A stretch of DNA of 63,201 bases, counting the filler, from Octopus bimaculoides (lineage: Eukaryota), in the NCBI RefSeq assembly GCF_001194135.2. It is 4 parts of 4 records of this genome, joined end to end, with 100 filler letters (N's around TTAATTAATTAA, not from the genome) between each part and the next. Parts side by side here need not be neighbours in the genome. Positions count along the whole stretch, not along the records: positions 35,359 to 52,008 come from NC_068999.1; positions 52,109 to 63,201 come from NC_068986.1; 2 more parts are not named here. One strand, 5' to 3'. The position numbers and the translations under genes were made by a program. Below, piece after piece: positions 50,122 to 62,224 of this stretch; the stretch's first letter is position 1; each line of letters starts with the position of its first letter. The notes beneath the pieces were generated by a model that was not told the origin of the DNA, did no database searches, and saw nothing but the letters and a program-made list of their open reading frames with translations.

Positions 50122-52008
50122 CATTTTTACATTTAAACCAATGTCCTTTAGGAAGTTGCAAAGCTTGAACAATTTCAAATCTTTCCTTCTCAGAAATCTT
50201 CAAACTGGGCTTTAAAGTTTCTATTTTATTCAGGATTGTTTCAATTTTTGATTGCTTTTCTTCTGAATAAAATCCTTCCAAATAAGTGGATGCTTCTTTT
50301 AACAAACTAGAAATATCAGACATGCCTTGTGTATCAGTCTTCAAATTTTCTATGTTCTCAAGTACTTGAAGATGTTGCACTTCTAAACTTGCTTCCTTCA
50401 GCTCTTGAGCAGTAAATCTAGCTTTATGATCTACAAACCATTCAACCAAATATTGAATATTTATTGTACTCAGTTTAGACAAAACTTCTAAATACTGAGC
50501 CTTAGTTTTCATAGAGATAAAATGCTCCTTACTTATTATGCTCCCAATATGGAAATGTTTTTCTAACTTTCTTAAATGTCTAATATTATTTGGATTTGAA
50601 TTTATATAAGATTTTAATGTAAAAACTTCTATAGGATCAGCATTCAGTTTTTCTTTTACTTTTTCAATGTCTTGTAAGGTCTTATTGATAAGATTTCCAT
50701 ATCTATGATTACGCCTGATTGGAGTTTTACACTTTGGGCACAATTTTAGTTGAATTTCAGAATTATTCAAATCAACTTCCATCCAATTATCCAAGCCAGT
50801 TACTTCAAAAATGTGTTTGCAATCTTCAAGTTGAACAAAACGAGCACCATTTTCATCTTCATTGCCAAAAAATATTTCTTTAAGCTCATCTTCATTACAA
50901 ATTGAGCACAATTCAGGGCACTGTTCTCCACAAACACCAACACACTGGTGACTACAGTCAAGTAATTTTTCGCAAGGTGCATTACATGCTGGACGATCAC
51001 AGGGTTCGTGACATAACTTACTGCATTTGTAATGCATACACTCCCACTGACAAGGCTCATTGCACTGCTTACAAGGTTCACCACATTTCTTTTTACATTT
51101 ATTGTGTAGACATCGGTTTTCACAAGGCCTTTCACAAGGTGTACAAGAAGAACAATCTTTATTTTGACATTTGTGACCACAGATTAAAATTCTGTCGCAT
51201 CCTTCCATACATGGCTTGTGAATATGAATTCCATGACACTCAAAACAGTATCCCTTACAAAAATGGCCACAGTCGAGAAGTTCTTTACAAATTGCAAAAC
51301 ATTTTTCCTTTTGATAGCACTCTATATTTGAAGTATGACCGTAAGGACAAGTGTTTTCAACGATTTGATGACATTCACTCAAACAATTTTCTCCACATTT
51401 ATTTAAACATTTATGACCACAAGGAAATTCTAATGGACATGGCTCCTGGCAAATAAATGTGACAGGATCTTTGGAACAAAACATTTCCTGATGGTGAGAG
51501 CAATTTGGTATTACTTTTGTAACATTCATTATGCACGGCATACAACGTTCAGAGCAGCTTCTTAAACATGGATGATTACAAACAGGGAGAGTTTTGACAC
51601 ATTGTTTTTTACAGATATAATCAGTATGTTCCTTATCATAAGGATGACACATTAATGCACAAGTGTGTCCACAATCTAGACGTGCTTCACATGGTTTTAA
51701 ACATCCACCTTCTGGTGCCTTACAAAAGTCTTCAAAAGATGCCACTTGAGCATGTGTTTCAGGATGATTCTGACATTTCAATATCATTGCATCAACAAGT
51801 ATTTTCTTCTCCTCTAATGATAACAAAATTTCTGCCCATAGTGGACTGTTTGTAGCAAGAAGCTTAAAATTTCCAATGACATATAAGCCTTTCTTTGCTC
51901 TTGATAATGCAACACATACTCTGTTATCAATTTTTAGATATCCAATTGAATTATGCTCATTACTTCTGACTAAAGACAATAAAATTATGTCATTTTCTTC
52001 TCCTTGAT
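50122..52008 (-). CDS. ZNFX1: ZNFX1 penultimate exon: end of SF1 (UPF1-like) helicase, NF-X1-type zinc fingers, helical region, start of RZ finger
   Basis: Open frame from the spacer: QGEENDIILLSLVRSNEHNSIGYLKIDNRVCVALSRAKKGLYVIGN (helicase C-terminal motifs), CQNHP, GGCLKPC, many CGHxC repeats, CPKCKTPIRRNHRYGNLI, then KGHWFKCKNG; donor G|gtaagt at 50121. Confidence 0.95.
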
Positions 52009-52108
52009 NNNNNNNNNNNNNNNNNNNNNNNNNNNNNNNNNNNNNNNNNNNNTTAATTAATTAANNNNNNNNNNNNNNNNNNNNNNNNNNNNNNNNNNNN
52101 NNNNNNNN
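52009..52108. other. artificial scaffold spacer (44 N + TTAATTAATTAA + 44 N)
   Basis: Same design as at 25500 and 35259. Confidence 0.95.
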
Positions 52109-52111
52109 ATA

Positions 52112-52530
52112 TATTCTTTTATTCTTTTGTTTGTTTCAGCCATTTGAGTGCGGCCATGCTGGAGCACCGCCTTTTTTGTCGAGCAAATCGAACCCAGGAT
52201 GTTTTCTTTGTAAGCCTAGTATTCATTCTATCGGTAACTTGTGCTGAATCCCTAAGTTACAGGGACGTAAACACACCAGCAGCGGTTGCCGAGTGATGTT
52301 GGGGGGGGGGGACAAAGACACACACACTCACACACAATCATATCCATATATATATTTTTTTTTTTTTCGACAAGCTTCTTTCAGTTTCCATCTACCAAAT
52401 GCACTCACAATGCTTTGATGGGCCGAGACTGTAGCAGAAGACATTTGCCCAAGGTGCCATGCAGTGGGACTCAAGCCGAAAGCATGTGCTTGGTAAGCAA
52501 GCTACTTACTACACAGCCACTCCTGCGCCT
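52112..52530 (-). mobile_element. near full-length tRNA-derived SINE
   Basis: Reverse-complement homologue of the 12031-12460 copy (gcggccatgctggagcaccgcc ... gcccaaggtgccatgcagtgggac ... aagcaagctacttactacacagcc). Confidence 0.85.
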
Positions 52531-53007
52531 CTATATATATATATGTGTGTGTGCGTGTGTGTATTTTTATATTGTATATATATATATATACATACAAATA
52601 TACATACATACATAATACATACATGCATACATACGAACATGCATATAGATGCATACATATATAATGTTTGCTTTTTATTTCACTTTAGACAGGAAAAGAA
52701 GTTTCGATCTGACCGGTTTCAACTCTAGTCAGCATTTTAATCCGAGACATTACATACACGTGTGCGGCTATATATATCTTAAACTGAGCGTCAAGTTAAC
52801 GTATTCCATGTGCACGACCTTTTCACTTTTGTTGTTTTGTTATTTGCTTATATACATACATATATANNNNNNNNNNNNNNNNNNNNNNNNNNNNNNNNNN
52901 NNNNNNNNNNNNNNNNNNNNNNNNNNNNNNNNNNNNNNNNNNNNNNNNNNNNNNNNNNNNNNNNNNNNNNNNNNNNNNNNNNNNNNNNNNNNNNNNNNNN
53001 NNNNNNN

Positions 53008-53041
<34 letters not shown>

Positions 53042-53929
53042 TATATATACACACACAGAGATATTCTATAACTATAAACATAATTATAATCAGGGGTCAG
53101 CTAATTGTTTCGCCACGCACCGAATTTAGAAATAGGGGTTAAATGCCTTTTCTACTACCATAAAGATCTCCCAGATAGTAACACACTTTTTTAAGTAGGT
53201 AAAAAGAAAAAATAACGAATCCACACGACTCAGATTAGCTACATACGCGTTTCGAGATTAAAGTAAAGCTATATTTACTTATTTCTTATCTTCAGTGCAG
53301 TATTTCGAAATATAAATTTGAGAGTATTAGGATTAAATATGTAAGCGATCAAGCATCATCGCATTACTGATATTCAACCAACACCTCTGAAAATATACAG
53401 CCGAATGTGGATACGTATTAATTCTTAATACCCACGTGTGTGTTACGAGTAATCTCGCAGAAATTGCAGTTTTTGATCAGGGATTAAATTATATAATATA
53501 TATTATGGCTTCGTTATATCGGTTAGCCCGATTAAACGTTAAAGAAAACACTACAATGTAGTTCTTAATTTATTTCGTCATTAACACTTTGTTTAATTGT
53601 TAGCATGTTGTACCAGTAATTCACTCTGTATCTGTTTACTCTAGTTCTTAGAAATAACAGCCGTATCTCGTAGAAAATTAAGAACAGTTGAGATAGTGTA
53701 TTTCTGGTACAGACAGTTGATTGAAAAACCGATGGGATGGTCATGACCGCGTTGCCAGTCATTAGGTGTTCCATTTGATCGAGGATCTTTTGGGGTTAAT
53801 CGGTAGCAGTAGCAGCAGCGGCAACAGCATCAACAACAGCAATAACAACGTAGATTGTTTTGGCGTAATTAGTACCCATGTAAGGTTTCTACTTGAACAG
53901 CCATTTTATTTCCAGCACGATGGGTACCA

Positions 53930-54003
53930 CTACCAACCACGTAATCACCAACACAACCATCACCACTACTACCGTTACTGTAAATACAACTGAAACAACA
54001 ACA

Positions 54004-54035
<32 letters not shown>

Positions 54036-54276
54036 AACCACCCAAACAGTTACGACAGAAACCACCAAAACCAGAATCGTCACTCCAAACACCACCACCA
54101 CCACCACCACCATTAGCACTCCTACCATCACCTCACCATCACCAACGTCAACACTACCACCACCACCACCACAACCACCAACACAACCACAAGAATTAAC
54201 ATCACCACTACCACCACTACAAAGACTATTACTACTACTACCACTACTACTACTATCACTACCACTGCTGCTGCTG

Positions 54277-54320
<44 letters not shown>
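53930..54320. repeat. degenerate (ACC)n/(ACT)n tract
   Basis: Seen directly; source of Thr/Pro/Leu-run ORFs. Confidence 0.9.
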
Positions 54321-54576
54321 GGCATCATATTACCGCAATGGCCACACCACTCTAAACATACATTCTAGTGTATCATACGACATGACATCACACCATACAA
54401 TCAGAAAAATTACAAACACGAATATACACACATACATATACACGAAAACATATATTTATACTCAAACACACTAACAGAGACACAAACACATTCTTAAACG
54501 TAACTCTGCGCACACAATCACACACATAAACATGAACACATACAAAACACAGTAACAGAGATTCATACAGAAACAC

Positions 54577-54639
<63 letters not shown>

Positions 54640-55789
54640 CATATATGCACACTAGTGTACACACACATACATGCGTACACAAATACACTCATTCATACAT
54701 ACGTAAATATACGCATAAAAACATACTGATAATCACAAATACACGTGTATACACGCAAACATACGTAGACTAGTACACTCTTGAATACAAATATGCATAG
54801 ACGCACACACAAACACATATATACAACACGCATACGCACAAATAAACATAAATACACGTAAACACACACTCACACACATACAAACCCACGCACACATACA
54901 CAAAATGCGTCTTATGATGTATGTGCAAATACAAACACAAACACGCGCTTACACACGCATTGACATACACGCAGTAACACAGTGGAGAACACAAACATAA
55001 ACACAAATACACACACACATAGAGACATACACACACAAACCTATCAATATATATACAATCATATACACTAACACTACCGCTGTGATGTTGTCGCATTGTG
55101 ACGTGTTCGTACTCTGTGATCTCTTAGCAAGACTCGAAACCGGATCGATGTCGTTACGCCTGACATCACATGTCATCTCTGTGAGTATTCCCCGCCATTT
55201 TGAAAGCCATGTTGTCATGGCTACCTGATGAGTGCAAGCCTGCACCTCCTGCCACCTCTGCATTATTACTCCTACCACTATACCTCACCTATTTACTAGT
55301 TAGGCAAAGATGTTCCAAAATAACCTTCAGACGTGTGTTATTTTGTTTTTGGTGGTGGTGGTGGCGGCGGCGGCGGTGGTGGTGGTGGTGGNNNNNNNNN
55401 NNNNNNNNNNNNNNNNNNNNNNNNNNNNNNNNNNNNNNNNNNNNNNNNNNNNNNNNNNNNNNNNNNNNNNNNNNNNNNNNNNNNNNNNNNNNNNNNNNNN
55501 NNNNNNNNNNNNNNNNNGGCGGCGGCGGCGGCGGTGGTGGTGGTGGTGGTGGTGGTAATTGTGGTGGCAGTGGTAGTGAAGGTGGTTATGTTGGTGTTTA
55601 TGTGAGTGATGGTAAGCGTATTTTTGTTGGTGTGGGTGTTGATGATGGTTATAGAGGTGGTGGCAGTGGCGGATGTAGTGTCCTTCTTGGTAGTGGTGTT
55701 GACGGTGGTAACACTCATGATGTTGATAGTAGCTATGTCGATGATGATGATGATGATGTTGGTTGTTATCGACAGTGGTCGTCGTCATA

Positions 55790-56045
55790 GTGGCTCAAGG
55801 CCGACAATTTTAGAGCATGGGGCCAGTCCCCACCTTGAGCCCCAGTGCTAAACTAGTACTTAGTTTATCGACCCTGAAAGGATGGAAATCAAAGTCGACC
55901 TAAGTGGAATTTGAACTCAGGGAGAAAAATATAACTGAAGTTATGCATTTGTTTTTTTTTTCTTTTTTATCAGAGGGTAAAGGGCCGGAAAAAATACTGC
56001 CAAATATTTTGTTCGACACGCTAACGCTTCTAGCTCCGCTGCTTT
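55790..56045 (-). mobile_element. SINE copy
   Basis: ggctcaaggccgacaatttt...ttatcgaccctgaaaggatggaaatcaaagtcgacctaagtggaatttgaactcag. Confidence 0.75.
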
Positions 56046-56214
56046 CAATGGTGATTATAATGGTTAAGTTAACCCTCCCGTGATTATAGTCCTTAGGACA
56101 GTTTTTCATTTCTCCTTCGCTTTACCTATTTTTGTCTTGTCTTGCATCCCTAAGTCTTTTTTTTTGTTGTTTTTTGCTCTATTCTATCCATACTATAATG
56201 GAGAAAGCTTATTA

Positions 56215-58810
56215 ATTAGGTTGTTAGCAGCAAATAGAGCGTCTCACAAGCGGTTTCGCGCCCTACCACAAGAAGTGGAAGAGCTATCTTTCCAGCTTGA
56301 TCAACCACGAATCAGGGCAAGGAACGGTTAGGCGGTAGGTGATGGCTGATGCGATGAACACATTGGCTACCTCCGCCCTCCCTTTCAGGGACAGTTACCG
56401 CCAAGACCAGGTCTTGAATATGTGGGTCACCCTGCTCGATACCTCGGCCCAGTTCTTCTCTATTTAGAGGTCTGGTCCGAACCAAACTCCTAGCAACTTT
56501 ATCGGACCCTCCGTCCAACGTCCCACGACGCTGTCAGGAAGCATCGACTTGCCTCTCCAGGTACCGAGCTGCAAACCGACTGACTTTTCACGATTAACTT
56601 TTGCTCCTGCCACCATCTCGGCTTTGCCTACCCTCTGTAGGTGATCCATTTCGGTTACGATGATGGTGATGTCATCCGCGTAAGCTGAAACCGACTTTCC
56701 ACCACCTGGTTGTCTCGGGATGCCGCTCAATTTTCGCAGTAATGGCTCAAGAGCCATTACGTACAAAAGAGGGGAGTGCGGGCACCCTTGACGAACCGAG
56801 CGTTTCATGTTGAACGGCTTCGATAAGAAGCCGTTCACCCGAAATACCGAGTCGATGTTGCCATAGATCTGAATGATCCACCTGAGGAAGTCAAGACCCA
56901 GACCGAACTGTGCCAGAACGGACACCAGGTAGCAATGGTCAACCCTACGGAATGCTTTGATTGGTCTAAATGGACCAATACCTCACCCTTATCAGAATCA
57001 CTATTAAACCCCTCTAAAGTGTACCGTATAAGATGGAGATTAACCTGGATGGTTCTGCCGGGAACGGCATATGTCTGTGCCTCCCCAATAAGATCATCTG
57101 CGACATGCGCCAATCTTTTCGATAACACTTTGGACAAAATCTTCAACTCTGCGTTTAACAGAGTGATGGGCCGAAAATTATCAACGGAATCCTCCTTGTA
57201 CGGGTCCTTTCTGACGAGCGTCACCACTCTCCGGCGCACAGATCTGGGAATAAACCCGTTCTGCTGCCAGTTCGCATAGACATTCGCCAGCAGGTGCCCG
57301 AACAAGTCTGGCATACTCTTATACAACTCATCGGGTAGGCCATCCAGTCCTGGTGCCTTACCAACGCCGCAGTCTGCCATAGCCTCAATTACCTCCTCAG
57401 GTGTGATTGACCCTTCACAGCGCACCGCGCCCCGCCCCGATAGGTATGGCAGCTCGGTGAGGAAGTCCGTTAGGTCCCTTCTACTATCCGGTCCGCCGCC
57501 CCCATCGAAAAGCTGGGCGAAGTGCTCCTGAAAAGCTTCACACATCTCCTCGGTTTCGTCTTTTAACTTACCTTGTTGGTTCGTCAAAGATCGGATCGTG
57601 ACATTATTACCACGTTGGGCTTCCACCACTCGGGCCTGTCCTTCGGCCTTGATTCCCTCACAACCCACTGTACGAAGCCTAACCCTGAAAATGCAATCCA
57701 TGTGTTTGGCTTCGAGGTGCTTGTTTAACGCCACTCTCTTGCCCTTCACTTGAGCCGCAGAGCCAGTTTTCATTGCTTCTTCTAAATCCTTAACTAAAGT
57801 TGATTCCCTCCTAGCCTCTCTAGCCACTAAACCTATGCTATATCTAATAGACTCAAATTTAATGGCTCGCTTCACGGCATACCGCCATTTATTATTAAGA
57901 ATGGAACCGGTTAATGCCCTTTGGATCAACAACTTAATCTGGTCTCTGTACTCCTTAATCGCCAAAAGGGACATATTAAGTTTCCAGTAGCCGGAGCCTC
58001 TATTATATAGCTTATCTATGTCAAGCTTACATGTGACCATTTTATGATCACTGTAGCTGACCGGGTGAAACTGTGGACACCTAGCTATATTTCTATCTGC
58101 TTTTCTAATTAACACTCTATCTAAGAACGACCTGGAAGATCCATCGCTGCTTGATCATGTCCACAATGGAGCGTTCGGAAATTCCTGCCTATATGGATCT
58201 GTCAGCTCAAAGCGGATTAGCAGTTCCTGGAAGCAAGGATTACCTTTTCTATTTGTACACGAGCCNNNNNNNNNNNNNNNNNNNNNNNNNNNNNNNNNNN
58301 NNNNNNNNNNNNNNNNNNNNNNNNNNNNNNNNNNNNNNNNNNNNNNNNNNNNNNNNNNNNNNNNNNNNNNNNNNNNNNNNNNNNNNNNNNNNNNNNNNNN
58401 NNNNNNNNNNNNNNNNNNNNNNNNNNNNNNNNNNNNNNNNNNNNNNNNNNNNNNNNNNNNNNNNNNNNNNNNNNNNNNNNNNNNNNNNNNNNNNNNNNNN
58501 NNNNNNNNNNNNNNNNNNNNNNNNNNNNNNNNNNNNNNNNNNNNNNNNNNNNNNNNNNNNNNNNNNNNNNNNNNNNNNNNNNNNNNNNNNNNNNNNNNNN
58601 NNNNNNNNNNNNNNNNNNNNNNNNNNNNNNNNNNNNNNNNNNNNNNNNNNNNNNNNNNNNNNNNNNNNNNNNNNNNNNNNNNNNNNNNNNNNNNNNNNNN
58701 NNNNNNNNNNNNNNNNNNNNNNNNNNNNNNNNNNNNNNNNNNNNNNNNNNNNNNNTCATTAAGGAAGCGACCTTGCTTCCAGCTTGAGACCAGGCCACGC
58801 ACATTTATAC
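56215..58810 (-). mobile_element. L1/Tx1-clade LINE ORF2 (APE end + reverse transcriptase), mildly disrupted
   Basis: FLDRVLI...SYSDHKMV, RGSGYWKLNMSLL, KAPGLDGLP, NFRPITLLNAELKILSKVLSKRL, LDQSK, SVRQGCPHSPLLY, SAYADDITI; frameshift near 56930 and a few stops; 5' part lost in a gap. Confidence 0.93.
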
Positions 58811-59844
58811 AACCTACATGAATGTTTGATATGACTTACCTCCATTCAGTGGTTCGAGAGGAATTCGTCTTCTTCCTCTTTTTCTTTCTCTCGGGCTCGT
58901 GGTTTTTTTTTTTGTCTTTTACATAGGCCCTCGTAGATATATGGAGAATAGTCCATCCTGAGAGGGCCCACATCATGAAAAAATTCGGACTTAATCCGTC
59001 CGTAATCCTTCCGGCCTATCCTGTAGATGAGAAAGTCTTTTGATGACGTTTTTTCTACCCGTTTAGCAGATGAAATAGCTGCCTAACGGTTAATCAGTCT
59101 ATTATTTAATGCCTTGATGGCCATGTAATTAATGTCCTTCCAATTCACTTCTTCCACCACTGAAGCCTGGAGAATGGTGATTTCTTCTTCCTAGTTCATT
59201 ATTATGGCTGCTATTAGCCAGGAAGTATCTACTTCCGGAGAAATATTTGTAATTTTTATTTTCGATGTACTTCTTCCCATATAAAATAAACACTGGGGTC
59301 GATTTGTTTGACTAAACCCTTGAAGGCGTACTCCACCATGTTTGCTGAAACCATTAAAACGTAGAAGATAGAGGTAAGAAGAAACACGTAAATCTCGAAC
59401 CAAGGATCTATAATTTTCAGATGACATCGCTACTAAAGGAAAGAAATGAATTTTAGATTCTTGTCTCCTCTCATTCATTGAATGTCGTTAATAAAGCTTT
59501 CACTACAGCTTCGTGTTTATTGCTTCCTTTCGTTACCATAGTTCTATTGAAATAGCCTGTCTTTGTTTAAATTATTTTCGAAAATAATGAAGAATTTAGC
59601 AAAATAACTTTGTCAGCTGGTATTTGGAATATAAATTAACATGAATTTTTGATGGAAGTTTTTAAGCGACATCACTTTAAAATTGGAAGTTTGTGTCATA
59701 GAACCAGGAGCAGTTTCAGACAGGTTGATGCCAAAATGGTTAACTAACAATTTCAGAATTTAGCAATCCCTGTTGACTATATTGTTAAATTCCTTGATGA
59801 CTTTACTCGACTCCCCTTTTACCATTAAAATATATATATCCAAG

Positions 59845-60055
59845 GCGGCGAGCCGGCAGAATCGTTAGAACGCCGAGCGAAATGCTTAGTGGTATTTCGT
59901 CTGTCGCTACATTCTGAGTTCAAATTCCGCCGAGGCTGACTTTGCCTTTCATCCTTTCGGAGTCGATAAATCAAGTACCAGTTGAGTACTTGGGTCGATG
60001 TAATCGACTGTCCCTCTCCTCCAAATTTCCTGCTTTGTGACTATAGTAGAAAGGA
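59845..60055 (+). mobile_element. well-preserved SINE copy
   Basis: aaggcggcgagccggcagaatcgttagaacgccgagcgaaatgcttagtggtatttcgtctgtcgctacattctgagttcaaattccgccgagg...; CpGs retained. Confidence 0.85.
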
Positions 60056-60057
60056 TT

Positions 60058-60091
<34 letters not shown>

Positions 60092-60161
60092 TCCTCCAGC
60101 AAGGCCGCAGTCAAATGACTGAAGCAAATGAAAGAAGCTTATCTCCCTCTCTTCTAATCCA

Positions 60162-60548
60162 ATGGCGGAGGCGCAATGACCCAGTGGTTAGGGCAGTGGA
60201 CTCGCGGTCATAGAGTCGTGGTTTCGATTCCCAGACCGGGCGTTGTGAGTGTTTATTGAGCGAAAACACCCAAAGCTCCACGAGGCTCCGGCAGGGGATG
60301 GTGGCGAACCCTGCTGTACTCTTCCACCACAACTTTCTCTCACTCTTACTTCCTGTTTCTGTTGTGCCTGTAATTCAAAGGGTCAGCCTTGTCACACTGT
60401 GTCACGCTGAATATCCCCGAGAACTACGTTAAGGGTACACGTGTCTGTGGAGTGCTCAGCCACTTGCACGTTAATTTCACGAGCAGGCTGTTCTGTTGAT
60501 CGGATCAACTGGAACCCACGATGTCGTAAGCGACGGAGTGCCAACAAC
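60162..60548 (+). mobile_element. tRNA-derived SINE of a second family
   Basis: Head ggaggcgcaatgacccagtggttaggg (A-box-like) and gtggtttcgattcccagacc (B-box-like) followed by ~300 bp of non-tRNA body and a (caa)n-like tail. Confidence 0.8.
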
Positions 60549-61033
60549 AAAAACAACTCTAATCCAATGTAGGTTTTAATTATTAATATATATTTTCGTT
60601 CAATATGTTTTTACAATATTTTTTTATTCTTTGATTGACTCCAGTCATCGAACTGCGGCCATGCCAGAGAAACGTCTTCAAAAATAGTTTAATCGATCGC
60701 ATCGACCGAGTATTTATTACAGTTTAGCATAATTTTATCGATTTTCATTTACCAAAAGGCTAGCTTTTACCTTTATGGAGAAAAAGGCCGTTGTGGTTTA
60801 CACTGCTATATAAAAACATACACGTTCATATATAAATACACACAAACACACACACACATACATAGAACATTGGGCAGTTTCCTCAATTTAACAAATAAAA
60901 TGATTAACTTAAATCAAAAACGCTGTGGATTATGGGTAAATCACGTGATCGTTGTTCGGAATTAAGATAAGGTCACCTGTCAAGCTAGACAATGTTATGT
61001 GGGCCTGCACGTGACTGTATGTGCATGTGTGTC

Positions 61034-61090
<57 letters not shown>

Positions 61091-61344
61091 NNNNNNNNNN
61101 NNNNNNNNNNNNNNNNNNNNNNNNNNNNNNNNNNNNNNNNNNNNNNNNTGTGTTTGTGTGTGTGTGTGTGTGTGTGTGCATGATAGAATTTATGTGTTGG
61201 TGGATATGTGAAATGAAGTGTACAGATATGTCTACGTGTTTGTGATTATTGACGTTGCTGTTGTTTAACCCTTGGTCGGCCTGATCGAGCAGCTCTATGG
61301 TCAAAGATATTTCAGCCGTGATCATATTCTTTCTTCCTTCCTTC

Positions 61345-61350
61345 CATCAT

Positions 61351-61392
<42 letters not shown>

Positions 61393-61399
61393 TTCCTTC

Positions 61400-61434
<35 letters not shown>

Positions 61435-61466
61435 TCCTTCTTTCTTTCTTTCTTTCTTTCTTTCCT

Positions 61467-61502
<36 letters not shown>
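61345..61502. repeat. (TTTC)n microsatellite running into a gap
   Basis: Seen directly. Confidence 0.95.
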
Positions 61503-62224
61503 NNNNNNNNNNNNNNNNNNNNNNNNNNNNNNNNNNNNNNNNNNNNNNNNNNNNNNNNNNNNNNNNNNNNNNNNNNNNNNNNNNNNNNNNNNNNNNNNNN
61601 NNNNNNNNNNNNNNNNNNNNNNNNNNNNNNNNNNNNNNNNNNNNNNNNNNNNNNNNNNNNNNNNNNNNNNNNNNNNNNNNNNNNNNNNNNNNNNNNNNNN
61701 NNNNNNNNNNNNNNNNNNNNNNNNNNNNNNNNNNNNNNNNNNNNNNNNNNNNNNNNNNNNNNNNNNNNNNNNNNNNNNNNNNNNNNNNNNNNNNNNNNNN
61801 NNNNNNNNNNNNNNNNNNNNNNNNNNNNNNNNNNNNNNNNNNNNNNNNNNNNNNNNNNNNNNNNNNNNNNNNNNNNNNNNNNNNNNNNNNNNNNNNNNNN
61901 NNNNNNNNNNNNNNNNNNNNNNNNNNNNNNNNNNNNNNNNNNNNNNNNNNNNNNNNNNNNNNNNNNNNNNNNNNNNNNNNNNNNNNNNNNNNNNNNNNNN
62001 NNNNNNNNNNNNNNNNNNNNNNNNNNNNNNNNNNNNNNNNNNNNNNNNNNNNNNNNNNNNNNNNNNNNNNNNNNNNNNNNNNNNNNNNNNNNNNNNNNNN
62101 NNNNNNNNNNNNNNNNNNNNNNNNNNNNNNNNNNNNNNNNNNNNNNNNNNNNNNNNNNNNNNNNNNNNNNNNNNNNNNNNNNNNNNNNNNNNNNNNNNNN
62201 NNNNNNNNNNNNNNNNNNNNNNNN

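Noticed and set aside
50800-51456. ORFs 50902..51456 (+) and 50800..51180 (-) overlapping ZNFX1
   Set aside because: Antisense or alternative-frame by-products of the Cys-rich ZNFX1 exon; no independent features.
53893-54474. Thr/Pro/Leu-rich ORF as a second mucin (also 30883-31339 and 62225-63201)
   Set aside because: Built from degenerate (ACC/ACT)n simple repeats with homopolymeric residue runs and no supporting splice sites, unlike the 27467-28381 exon.
60162-60240. tRNA gene call for tRNA-like heads (also 12031, 38690, 42540)
   Set aside because: A/B boxes run directly into SINE bodies and no complete cloverleaf is evident; these are SINE heads.
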